In this document: positions 1 to 7,578 of the stretch, one piece after another
How positions within the stretch are numbered: position 1 is the stretch's first letter
Layout: every line of letters begins with the position of its first letter
Assembly (NCBI GenBank): GCA_003352285.1
Contig: QQVN01000003.1
Coordinates: forward strand, 422,490 to 454,489
Source of the DNA: Thermoproteota archaeon
Lineage (GTDB): Archaea > Thermoproteota > Nitrososphaeria > Nitrososphaerales > Nitrosopumilaceae
Length of the DNA stretch: 32,000 bases
Direction of reading: 5' to 3'
Program-made: the position numbers and the translations under genes
The notes under the pieces: generated by a model
Database searches by the model: none
Told to the model about the DNA's origin: nothing
The model's input: the letters and a program-made list of their open reading frames with translations, nothing else

Positions 1-1
1 A

Positions 2-1411
2 ATTGGAATATTCAGTTTAGAAGGTGTAAATGTAATCCCAATGGCAATTGATGCACTACGGGCATTACAGCATAGAGGACAAGAAGCCTGGGGCATTGCA
101 ATTCCAAATAAAACGCCACTCAAAAAATTAGGATTGGTATCAAACTCCTCCTCTGACTTTAAAAAAATTGCAGAAGAATATTCATCACCTTGTGTGATTG
201 GCCATGTACGTTACTCTACAATTGGAAGAAGTAACTTGGATAATGCCCAGCCTCTAAAGGTAAAGGATCTCTGTGTTGCACATAATGGAACCATCGCAAA
301 TGTTCAAGAATTATCAAACATGGTTGGTGGCTGTTCTTTTACTCCTCAAAATGCAAGTGATACGCTTGTTGCTGCACAACGCCTAGTCTCATTAATCTCA
401 GAAAAAGGAAAGATTGGTCCTGCCTTATCGATATTAAAAAATGAAATGATTGGCTCGTATTGTTTTACTTTTCTATCCGATGATCATTCAGTTTATGCAG
501 CAAGAGATCCAAAGGGATTTCGACCAATGGTATTAGGCCATAAAGAAGACAGCAATACATACATTGTAGCATCTGAATCTTCAGCACTATCTGCAATTGG
601 TGCAAGACTTGAGCGTGATGTTAAGCCTGGTGAATTAATCAAGCTTAGCAAAGATGGTATTGAAAATGAAATGTTTTCTAATGATAATAAAAGGGCTCAC
701 TGTTCTTTTGAATTTACATATTTCGCACATCCATCAAGCAACATGGAAGGCGCAAACATCTACGTTGCAAGAAAAAATATTGGTAAATTCCTTGCAAAAA
801 AATTCCCTATAAAAGATGCAGACTTGGTCATTCCAGTTCCAGATTCTGCAAGGCCTGCTGCATTGGGCTTTGCACAAGAATTGGGAGTGCCTTTTGATGA
901 AGGACTCTTAAAAGATCGTTACAGCAAAAAAGGTCCACTACGAAGTTTCATCGAACCTCACCAAAGCGACAGAATAGAAATTAATCGCTGGATTATTCCA
1001 ATTCGTGAAATAATTGAGGGCAAACATGTTGTTGTAGTTGATGATAGTTTAGTTCGTGGTACTAGCTCAAAAGCCATTATCAAAGCATTAAGACGTGCAG
1101 GAGCTAAGAAAATAAGCATGGTGATTACGTATCCTCCAATTCGTTTCCCATGTTATGCAGGAATTGACTTTCCATCTAGAGATGAGCTTGCAACATTTGT
1201 TGAGGGAGAAAATGTCTCTGAAGAAAAAATCATTGAAAAAGTTCGTTCTGATATTGGTGCAGACTTTCTTGGGTACAATGATGCAGAAAACCTTGCAGAA
1301 GCAGTAGGTATTGAAAAGGATTCAATGTGTTTTACTTGTTCAACTGGTAATTATGACTCACTAGGTATACAACCAGAATTTAAAACTAGAATTGAGATGA
1401 AAGGTGAATAA
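2..1411 (+). CDS. purF: amidophosphoribosyltransferase (glutamine-PRPP amidotransferase), 5'-partial at window edge
   Basis: The frame is open to the window edge. Codons 2-40 read IGIFSLEGVNVIP, which matches the conserved N-terminus (MCGI.GI..). The M at 41 in the ORF track is therefore internal and only a few codons are missing. GATase-II motifs (GHVRYST, AHNGTI) and PRTase motif VVVVDDSLVRGTS are present. Confidence 0.9.
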   Translation: MGIFSLEGVNVIPMAIDALRALQHRGQEAWGIAIPNKTPLKKLGLVSNSSSDFKKIAEEYSSPCVIGHVRYSTIGRSNLDNAQPLKVKDLCVAHNGTIANVQELSNMVGGCSFTPQNASDTLVAAQRLVSLISEKGKIGPALSILKNEMIGSYCFTFLSDDHSVYAARDPKGFRPMVLGHKEDSNTYIVASESSALSAIGARLERDVKPGELIKLSKDGIENEMFSNDNKRAHCSFEFTYFAHPSSNMEGANIYVARKNIGKFLAKKFPIKDADLVIPVPDSARPAALGFAQELGVPFDEGLLKDRYSKKGPLRSFIEPHQSDRIEINRWIIPIREIIEGKHVVVVDDSLVRGTSSKAIIKALRRAGAKKISMVITYPPIRFPCYAGIDFPSRDELATFVEGENVSEEKIIEKVRSDIGADFLGYNDAENLAEAVGIEKDSMCFTCSTGNYDSLGIQPEFKTRIEMKGE

Positions 1412-1412
1412 A

Positions 1413-1658
1413 ATGGAGACCGCATATGTTCTAGTAAAAAGTTCAATGGCTCATGAGATGGAAGTTATGAATGCAATTTTACGCATTGATGCTGTAAAAG
1501 AAGCACAAGGAACATTTGGAGTTTACGATATCTTTGTAAAGATTCAGGCCAACTCTTCAAAAGAGATTGAAGATGTTATAACAAAACAAATTCGTAGAAT
1601 CCCAAATGTACTGTCTACTACAACCCTTTCTGTCATTCCTGAGCAAGGCGGAAAATAA
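1413..1658 (+). CDS. stand-alone Lrp/AsnC-type ligand-binding (RAM) domain protein, no HTH
   Basis: AYVLVK...VKEAQGTFGVYDIFVKIQANSSKEIEDVITKQIRRIPNVLSTTTL fits the RAM/AsnC C-terminal domain pattern. The ATG at 1413 is 1 nt after the purF stop, with AGGTGA just upstream. An alternative GTG at 1404 overlaps purF by 8 nt. Confidence 0.6.
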   Translation: METAYVLVKSSMAHEMEVMNAILRIDAVKEAQGTFGVYDIFVKIQANSSKEIEDVITKQIRRIPNVLSTTTLSVIPEQGGK

Positions 1659-1667
1659 TATTCTAGT

Positions 1668-1976
1668 TTGAATCCATTATTCCAACTCAGTACAAGAAAT
1701 TATGATAAAGAATTAGAACTTGTTAGAAAAGCAATGCAAGAACTAGAAACAACTTGTAATGTAAAAAATGGTTTTGAAATCTTTCCTCCTTCAAACATGG
1801 CAGGTTGGACATTTTTTAATTTGCAATTATCTCCTGAATTATTATCTGTCATAGAAACATCTGGGATGATGGAAGGTGCTTTAGGGTTTAGAATTGGTGA
1901 ACAAGTTAAAAATTTTGTAGGACATTATCTTGAATCAAAAGGTAGTCAAGTTAGGATTAAACAAATCAATTATTGA
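1668..1976 (+). CDS. hypothetical protein (TTG start)
   Basis: 102-codon ORF co-oriented with its neighbours. No motif recognised, and the only early start codon is TTG. Confidence 0.4.
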   Translation: MNPLFQLSTRNYDKELELVRKAMQELETTCNVKNGFEIFPPSNMAGWTFFNLQLSPELLSVIETSGMMEGALGFRIGEQVKNFVGHYLESKGSQVRIKQINY

Positions 1977-2016
1977 TAAAAAATTTTTTTAAATATGAAT
2001 ATTTTTTATCTATATT

Positions 2017-2298
2017 ATGAAAGCAATCTGGAATGATACTGTCATAGCAGAAAGCGATGATACTGTAGTAGTTGAAGGAAATCACTACTTTCCTGCAGAA
2101 TCTATCAAGAAGGAGTATTTCATTCAAAGTGACATGACTACAAGATGTGGGTGGAAAGGAATGGCAAACTACTATTCTGTAACAATTAATGGAAAAACCA
2201 ACAAAGACTGTGCATGGTACTATGCAGAACCTAATGATGCTGCTAAAAAAATTAAAGGCAGAATTGCATTTTGGAACGGCGTTCAAGTAATTTCTTGA
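2017..2298 (+). CDS. DUF427 domain protein
   Basis: KAIWNDTVIAESDDTVVVEGNHYFP...CGWKGMANYYSV...AWYYAEP...GRIAFWNGVQV matches the DUF427 signature throughout. Confidence 0.75.
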   Translation: MKAIWNDTVIAESDDTVVVEGNHYFPAESIKKEYFIQSDMTTRCGWKGMANYYSVTINGKTNKDCAWYYAEPNDAAKKIKGRIAFWNGVQVIS

Positions 2299-2333
2299 TG
2301 AATTTTTAATTATTAGATAGGCATTTTGTAAAT

Positions 2334-2720
2334 GTGGATCGATACAAGCTATTGCTAGCTGTCGGCATTGGTTCAATTGGTATAATTGCCATTGTAATTA
2401 CCATGGATATTTCAAAAATCGCTATTGCCACTCAAGATTATGACATCTATGTAGATCCATTGCTTGATGAACAAAATCTGTTTGTTATGGGTCGAGTTAC
2501 AATACAAAACACTGGACACAAGACACTCACAAATATCAAAGTAAATTTTGGCGGTGGTGATGTGTTGGAGTTAGGATCTCTGAATGCAGGAAAGAAGGTC
2601 ATTGTTTCTCCTCCTCCTGATAATGAAATGAAGTATGTTATCGTAACTGCTGACAATGATATTTTTGTAAATAAGGCGTATAGAACACCACCAAAGATGG
2701 TAGGAATGATGGGTTCCTAG
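2334..2720 (+). CDS. membrane-anchored hypothetical protein (GTG start)
   Basis: The N-terminal hydrophobic helix [17 protein letters not shown] is followed by a beta-rich soluble part. The GTG start is needed to include the anchor. Confidence 0.5.
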   Translation: MDRYKLLLAVGIGSIGIIAIVITMDISKIAIATQDYDIYVDPLLDEQNLFVMGRVTIQNTGHKTLTNIKVNFGGGDVLELGSLNAGKKVIVSPPPDNEMKYVIVTADNDIFVNKAYRTPPKMVGMMGS

Positions 2721-2761
2721 TTTGGGAGCAGTTAAATCTCCTTATTTTCAATTTTAATTGC

Positions 2762-3586
2762 TTGAAATTTCTTACTTCGGGAAAAGTAAAAGACATCTAC
2801 GAGTTTACTGAGACTGAAATTTTATTCAAATTTAGTAATAGGGTTTCTGCATATGATGTAAAATTCAAAGAAGAGATTCCAAAGAAAGGAGAAGTACTTT
2901 GCAAGTTTGCAGAATTTTGGTTTGAAAAACTATCTGTAAAGAATCATTTTGTTAAACGCAGCTCTGATACTGAAATAATTGTAAAAAAAATGAAAATGTT
3001 GCCAATTGAATGTGTTGTGCGTGGTTATTTTTATGGAAGTTTAGTGAATCGCTGGAAATCCGGCACCGTAACTTTACCTAAAAACACTCAAACAGAACTT
3101 GCAGCAAAACTTACCGAACCAATTTTTGATCCTACTACAAAGTCTGAGCATGACATTCCAATAACAAAACAATCTGCCATTGAGATGAATCTTGTAAGTA
3201 ATGACGAATATGATTGGCTTTCTTCAAATTCAATTGAAATTTACAAAAAGATGTCTAAAATTGCTGATGATGCCGGTTTCATTTTAGCTGATCTTAAACT
3301 GGAATTTGGAAAATTAGATGGGGAAATAACTTTAGGTGATTCTATTGGTCCTGATGAATACCGATTATGGTTAAAGGATGATTATAAGGTTGGGAAAATC
3401 CAAGAGGCATATGACAAACAATTACTACGTGATTGGTTGACTGCAAATGGATATCAAAAACAATTTGACACTCAACGGGAACAAGGAATTGAACCTACTC
3501 CACCATCAATTCCTTCTGATATCATTCAAAGAATGACACAAAGATATGTGACTGCATATCAGCGCCTTACTGGCCACGCTCTATAA
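2762..3586 (+). CDS. purC: phosphoribosylaminoimidazole-succinocarboxamide (SAICAR) synthase
   Basis: GKVKDIY...NRVSAYD...ECVVRGY...DPTTK...[10 protein letters not shown] are SAICAR synthase motifs. TTG start. Confidence 0.88.
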   Translation: MKFLTSGKVKDIYEFTETEILFKFSNRVSAYDVKFKEEIPKKGEVLCKFAEFWFEKLSVKNHFVKRSSDTEIIVKKMKMLPIECVVRGYFYGSLVNRWKSGTVTLPKNTQTELAAKLTEPIFDPTTKSEHDIPITKQSAIEMNLVSNDEYDWLSSNSIEIYKKMSKIADDAGFILADLKLEFGKLDGEITLGDSIGPDEYRLWLKDDYKVGKIQEAYDKQLLRDWLTANGYQKQFDTQREQGIEPTPPSIPSDIIQRMTQRYVTAYQRLTGHAL

Positions 3587-3688
3587 CTCGAATTTCATAT
3601 TTTCTGGATTTGCCTCTCTTGCCCTATTTGGCATATTGGCCCAGATATTGCTGGCATTGCATCAAATTTTTTAATTTTTTTAACTTTT

Positions 3689-3772
3689 TTTGTTTTGTTA
3701 CGATAATTATTGTTCTACTATCAAATTATTAGTAGTGCTAGGATAAACTTTGTTTTGATTACGAAATTATTC
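3689..3772. repeat. pair of ~23-nt direct repeats (TTTGTTTTG-TTACGA-AATTATT), 60 bp apart, upstream of the ArsR gene
   Basis: 3689-3712 TTTGTTTTGTTACGATAATTATTG versus 3749-3772 TTTGTTTTGATTACGAAATTATTC, identical apart from two single-nt indels. A second pair, ATGCTATTA(C/G)AC, lies at 3776-3787 and 3810-3821. Confidence 0.5.
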
Positions 3773-3873
3773 ATTATGCTATTACACTTTTAATAACGAA
3801 AAAAAATTGATGCTATTAGACAAAAAAATGTGATATGATTAACTTTTAGCTAACTTGTAAACAAGTCAGTAGG

Positions 3874-4404
3874 ATGTCAACTCTGCTAGAGAAACAAATC
3901 GAAATCAATAGAATTGTCACAACAAGTGTTGATCAGGCACGTGCAATAGAAGACCCTGCACGAGCAAAAGTCCTGGAAATTTTGTACCGAAAATCATATT
4001 CGGCAGAACAGATTACAAACGAGCTAAAAAAATCTGGGTACAAAAAGGCCTTGACTACTATTCGGCATCATTTGGACATTCTAAAAGAAGCTGGATTGAT
4101 TGAGATTGTTAAAATTCAAGAAAGTAGAGGAGCAATAACCAAATACTATGGAACATCAACGAAACTGCTTGGGTATAATGCCCCCGAAGATTTTGACGCC
4201 AAATATTCTTCTGTGATCAAGAACACCTCCAAAAAATTAGAAGACATATTCAAAACCCTAGCCCCAAAGGCCGCTCCGAAAACTAAGAAGCAAAAATTAG
4301 ATCCTGCATACTCTCAGTATGTGCTACTGGAGATAATGAACCGTGCTATGACTAAGGTTATGGAAAATACCTTTGGTCAAACCAAGAAGACAAAGAAAAA
4401 CTAG
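3874..4404 (+). CDS. ArsR-family winged-helix transcriptional regulator with Lys-rich C-terminal tail
   Basis: ARAKVLEILYRKSYSAEQITNELKKSGYKKALTTIRHHLDILKEAGLIEIV is a typical ArsR/SmtB HTH. Confidence 0.78.
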   Translation: MSTLLEKQIEINRIVTTSVDQARAIEDPARAKVLEILYRKSYSAEQITNELKKSGYKKALTTIRHHLDILKEAGLIEIVKIQESRGAITKYYGTSTKLLGYNAPEDFDAKYSSVIKNTSKKLEDIFKTLAPKAAPKTKKQKLDPAYSQYVLLEIMNRAMTKVMENTFGQTKKTKKN

Positions 4405-4446
4405 CAGGTTGGAAAGACCTAAAAAAAGCTGGAAGAATATCCTACT

Positions 4447-4758
4447 ATGGTCAGGGTATTCTATACGCAAAAAACAGAGAATATTCTCCAAAAGATGGAG
4501 CTCTCAGAGTGGAGAATGCGCATACAAGAACAACTAGAACAGACGCATCAAGAAATGTCTGATAACTGGAAGATGTGTGCAATAGGTGAACGAATAAAAC
4601 TTGAAGGAAAAGAACTAGAATCGATCAAGGATCTTTCCCCAGAAGCTATCAAATTGGGCTATGATTTCTCTGTGGCATTACAAGAACGTGATAATCAAAA
4701 GGCATTAGAAATTATTGAAAAAATTGAATTGTTAGATACGATTTGGCGTGCAAACTAA
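4447..4758 (+). CDS. hypothetical protein
   Basis: 103-codon ORF between the ArsR gene and the PPOX gene on the same strand. Predicted helical and acidic. No motif recognised. Confidence 0.4.
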   Translation: MVRVFYTQKTENILQKMELSEWRMRIQEQLEQTHQEMSDNWKMCAIGERIKLEGKELESIKDLSPEAIKLGYDFSVALQERDNQKALEIIEKIELLDTIWRAN

Positions 4759-4759
4759 A

Positions 4760-5167
4760 ATGAATTCAAAAGCAATTTCATTACTCAATGACAAAAACTT
4801 AGTCTACATTGCAACATTGATGAAAGATGGTGCTCCTCAACTTTCTCCTGTATGGGCAAATTATGAGAATGAACACATTCTAGTTAATACTGCAGAGGGA
4901 AGAATAAAGCACAAAAATGTTCTTCGTGATCCTCGAGTTGCAATTTCTGTTGTGTCAAATTCTAATCCTCTTGATATGACTACAATTCGTGGTACTGTTG
5001 TAAAAATAATTCCTGATTATGATTACAATCATGCAGATAAACTTACAAAAAAATATCTAAACATGGAACATTATCCTTTCAAACGCCCAGGTGAGAAGAG
5101 AATTATTCTTAAAATTAAACCTGAACGTGTTTTTGTTTTGCCAGAATTAAAAATGAATCAAGAGTAA
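4760..5167 (+). CDS. pyridoxamine 5'-phosphate oxidase-fold (PPOX-class, FMN/F420-binding) protein
   Basis: LVYIATLMKDGAPQLSPVWA...LVNTAEGRIKHKNVLRDPRVAISV fits the PPOX-class split-barrel pattern. The ATG at 4760 is 1 nt after the upstream stop; the track's GTG at 4748 is the alternative. Confidence 0.72.
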   Translation: MNSKAISLLNDKNLVYIATLMKDGAPQLSPVWANYENEHILVNTAEGRIKHKNVLRDPRVAISVVSNSNPLDMTTIRGTVVKIIPDYDYNHADKLTKKYLNMEHYPFKRPGEKRIILKIKPERVFVLPELKMNQE

Positions 5168-5178
5168 AATTAATTATG

Positions 5179-5204
5179 TTTCTAAACTCGAATTTAGAAA
5201 TATT
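5179..5204. repeat. palindromic element copy A: TTTCTAAA-CTCGAA-TTTAGAAATATT
   Basis: 8-bp arms around a TCGA-centred hexamer, 12 nt after the stop of the PPOX-class gene. It equals copies B and C except for the two bases flanking TCGA. Confidence 0.8.
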
Positions 5205-5246
5205 CTATATCAACAACTGTAAATCTTAACGATACCAAATAGAATC

Positions 5247-5372
5247 ATGCGACCCTTAAATGATTCTGATAGTGTATTTTCCTCAGGAAAGCCAAAAAAG
5301 ATTCCTTGGTTTTTTTACTTGGTACTTGGGGGAATAATAACTGTCGTTGTGATTTACAAATTATTTTTCTAA
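5247..5372 (+). CDS. possible 41-aa single-pass membrane micro-protein (not in ORF track)
   Basis: ATG...TAA reads MRPLNDSDSVFSSGKPKKIPWFFYLVLGGIITVVVIYKLFF. A basic patch precedes one hydrophobic helix, resembling the N-terminal half of the 7325..7561 product. Confidence 0.3.
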   Translation: MRPLNDSDSVFSSGKPKKIPWFFYLVLGGIITVVVIYKLFF

Positions 5373-5397
5373 AAAAGGGAATAAAGGGTGTAAGCTT

Positions 5398-5667
5398 TTA
5401 TCGTCGTCTCTTTGCTGTACGACGTTTAGCTCCGCCCTTTCTTGCTGCGGTGCGTCTCTTTGGAGCTGCTCTTCTAGCTGTTCGTCTCTTTGGAGCGGCC
5501 CTTCGTGCAGTGCGCTTTCTCTTAGCTGCTGCTTTCTTTGCAGCTGCACTGCGTCTTCTCTTAGCTGCTGCTTTCTTTGCAGCTTCTGCTTTTAGTTTTG
5601 CATTGCGCTTTCTGGTGCGAGCTGCTTTCTTTGCAGCTGCACTTCTTTTGGCTTTTGATGTTGCCAT
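5398..5667 (-). CDS. highly basic Lys/Arg/Ala-rich repetitive protein (histone H1/Hc-like composition)
   Basis: 89 aa with almost no acidic residues. Internal repeats: RSAAAKKAA x2 and TARRAAPKRR x2 in tandem, followed by degenerate copies. The stop is followed by a T-run (CCCTTTTTTAG on the minus strand). It is a GC-rich island in AT-rich DNA. Confidence 0.65.
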   Translation of the reverse strand: MATSKAKRSAAAKKAARTRKRNAKLKAEAAKKAAAKRRRSAAAKKAAAKRKRTARRAAPKRRTARRAAPKRRTAARKGGAKRRTAKRRR

Positions 5668-5779
5668 TAATAATTTCGGAATTTCTTACGCCTTATGTAG
5701 TACAAGTCACTTTAATTTGCTCAACTAATGTATTTTTTTGACATTTTTTTTATTGCCGATCAGAAATTATTGTAAATTT

Positions 5780-6358
5780 TTAACAATTTAGCATACAAAT
5801 AATTCCAATATCCATCGAGTTTTGGTCTTTTGTTGCTCTAATTCCTATTTTGTATTGTTTTGTATCGTCAAAAGGAACATCAAATTGCGTAGTCCAGGTC
5901 TGTGTTTCTTGAGGTTGCAATTCATACGTTAGCAAATCTTCTTTTGAAAATTTACCATAAACTGGTTGTGTTTTTTGGTTATTTTCATCAATGATGTAGA
6001 ACTGTCCTCCTGTAATCTTACTTGGTTCGTTCCCAAGATTTTGTGCATTTATTCGAATTTTAAAGAAACTATGCTCAGGTTTGGTTTCTTTATCTCCTTC
6101 AAACTGCCCTTCATACTGGACAACATAAACAATTGGCCCAATCTGGACCTTTTCCCCCTCATTTGCGTAGACAAAGTTGGTGTTAAACATGGTAAAAACA
6201 TAGATTGCTATGCCTACTGATGCCAAAATTGCAACAAAAAATATTACCAAGCCAACTCTTGCCATAAAAGAATCGTTGAATTTCTTGTATATAGATGGTA
6301 ATTTTGCATCAAAATAGGGGGGTTTAACTTTTATTCCTAGGATAAAATAGTTGGACAT
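5780..6358 (-). CDS. membrane-anchored DUF4352-like (Ig-like beta-sandwich) protein
   Basis: A TM helix (VGLVIFFVAILASVGIAIYVF) is followed by FFKIRINAQNLGNEPSKITGGQFYIIDENNQKTQP, which fits the DUF4352 pattern. Confidence 0.55.
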   Translation of the reverse strand: MSNYFILGIKVKPPYFDAKLPSIYKKFNDSFMARVGLVIFFVAILASVGIAIYVFTMFNTNFVYANEGEKVQIGPIVYVVQYEGQFEGDKETKPEHSFFKIRINAQNLGNEPSKITGGQFYIIDENNQKTQPVYGKFSKEDLLTYELQPQETQTWTTQFDVPFDDTKQYKIGIRATKDQNSMDIGIICMLNC

Positions 6359-6414
6359 CTTTTACTGGGTAATCTAGGTGGTTTTAGGGTTGCTTGCTGT
6401 ATTTGGGAAGGATG

Positions 6415-6494
6415 GTTAAACCCCCCACAAAAATGGCATATTTTGAAAAAATGACCCCAGTCACAAATCGATGGAAATATCCAGGGGGTTTAAC
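6415..6494. repeat. 11-bp perfect GC-rich inverted repeat GTTAAACCCCC / GGGGGTTTAAC separated by 58 nt
   Basis: Left arm 6415-6425, right arm 6484-6494. It lies in the 210-bp spacer between two minus-strand genes. C6 and G5 runs are conspicuous in this AT-rich DNA. Confidence 0.6.
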
Positions 6495-6568
6495 ATCTAG
6501 GCGTAAAATGAAAAAATTTGAAAATTACAAAATTTTGGTTGATTTTTAGAATACGATATTCTAGAAAT

Positions 6569-6778
6569 CTACTCTTTTTCTAATTTTATGGTAATTTTTG
6601 AGCGTTTTACATTATCTGCAGTTTTTAGGACTCTACTTACTAGCCCCATACTTGCCTTTGTGATCTGCCCAACAGAAATCACCATAGTTTTTTCTTTTGA
6701 ATTGATTCTTTTTGCTTTCATGAATTCCTGTATTGATTTTTGAATATAAGGTCCACGAAGAACTGATAAGTTATCCAT
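6569..6778 (-). CDS. hypothetical basic 69-aa protein
   Basis: Starts 3 nt after the stop of the upstream 146-aa ORF, so the two form a likely bicistron. No motif recognised. Confidence 0.45.
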   Translation of the reverse strand: MDNLSVLRGPYIQKSIQEFMKAKRINSKEKTMVISVGQITKASMGLVSRVLKTADNVKRSKITIKLEKE

Positions 6779-6781
6779 TTT

Positions 6782-7222
6782 CTAAAAAGTCTTCATTAAA
6801 AATTGTGTCATTTTTTCACTCATTTCAACTACTCTTTGCAATGCATCAAAGAATGAGTTCTGGTTGAGCTGCTCTTCTTTGTCTAAAACAACGTAAACTC
6901 CTATCTTCTTCTTTCCGTCTTCATCAATGAATCTGTGTACTGCCTGCAAGGAATAGCAGTAATCCTCTACTTTTTTTTCAAAATTTTTCTTTTCATCATC
7001 GTTTAGTTTTAGAAATCTGGCATTCTGATTGTTTTTTAGTGCAACTTTTGAGCCAATGACCAGTACATTTGGTTGTGACTTTGGCTCAAAAATTTCAACT
7101 GGATTGCCAAAACCCCCGACATGTTTTATTGTCATTTTGAAAATATCGTCCTCACTCTTTGTCTCATTGAAGGAATAGCTCTCATGAATCAACCATCTTT
7201 CAACATTATTTCTTATCTGCAT
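6782..7222 (-). CDS. conserved archaeal hypothetical protein (DUF2299/YbjN-like pattern)
   Basis: The layout VERWLIHESYSF...FKMTIKH...VEIFEPKSQPNVLVIGSKVAL...LNDDEKKNFEKKVEDY...IGVYVVLDKEEQLNQNSFFDALQRV resembles DUF2299. The family name is recalled from memory, not searched. Confidence 0.5.
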   Translation of the reverse strand: MQIRNNVERWLIHESYSFNETKSEDDIFKMTIKHVGGFGNPVEIFEPKSQPNVLVIGSKVALKNNQNARFLKLNDDEKKNFEKKVEDYCYSLQAVHRFIDEDGKKKIGVYVVLDKEEQLNQNSFFDALQRVVEMSEKMTQFLMKTF

Positions 7223-7279
7223 GCCTCTCTTTTGTTAATCCTACATATTATTGAAGATGTATTCTAAATGATAATTTTC

Positions 7280-7309
7280 AATATTTCTAAATTCGAGTTT
7301 AGAAATATT
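7280..7309. repeat. palindromic element copy B: AATATTTCTAAA-TTCGAG-TTTAGAAATATT
   Basis: 12-bp perfect arms. It lies 15 nt past the stop of 7325..7561 (minus strand) and 58 nt upstream of the ATG at 7222. Confidence 0.85.
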
Positions 7310-7324
7310 CTTAATTTAGCATGA

Positions 7325-7561
7325 TTACACATTAATGCCAAAGTCAAAACCTTCTTCAAGCTGACTGAGTTCAAATGCAAACAAGATGTTGAGAATGATT
7401 CCTATGATTGCAAATCCTATTCCTATGAATAAACAATTTTTTGCTTTTCTTGGATCATCTTTTCTAATTACAAAGTAAGCAATTACTCCACCAATTAGGC
7501 CTAGAAAAATTGGTAACATGTACCACCAATTACTTCTTGGCTTTTCCGGATACATTATCAT
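7325..7561 (-). CDS. small two-helix membrane protein
   Basis: PRSNWWYMLPIFLGLIGGVIAYFVIRKDDPRKAKNCLFIGIGFAIIGIILNILFAF contains two clear TM helices. Confidence 0.55.
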   Translation of the reverse strand: MIMYPEKPRSNWWYMLPIFLGLIGGVIAYFVIRKDDPRKAKNCLFIGIGFAIIGIILNILFAFELSQLEEGFDFGINV

Positions 7562-7578
7562 TACAAAATTTTGGACGT

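Noticed and set aside
41-1411. ORF-track start (M at 41) as the true purF start
   Set aside because: The same frame is open back to base 2 and encodes IGIFSLEGVNVIP, the conserved amidotransferase N-terminus. The gene is truncated by the window edge instead.
1966-2376. 136-aa minus-strand ORF
   Set aside because: It is fully antisense to the well-supported DUF427 gene and has implausible Cys/Asn/Ile-rich composition, so it is a shadow ORF. The 2447..2656 and 5966..6220 ORFs are rejected for the same reason.
5306-5728. 140-aa plus-strand ORF (L/A/F-rich) and the 62-aa minus-strand ORF 5361..5549 over the basic-protein locus
   Set aside because: These are low-complexity shadow frames of the GC-rich K/R/A repeat gene. 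The plus-strand product is the typical antisense composition (AAFFAAALRLL). It lacks a plausible start context, whereas the minus-strand gene has an ATG and a downstream T-run.
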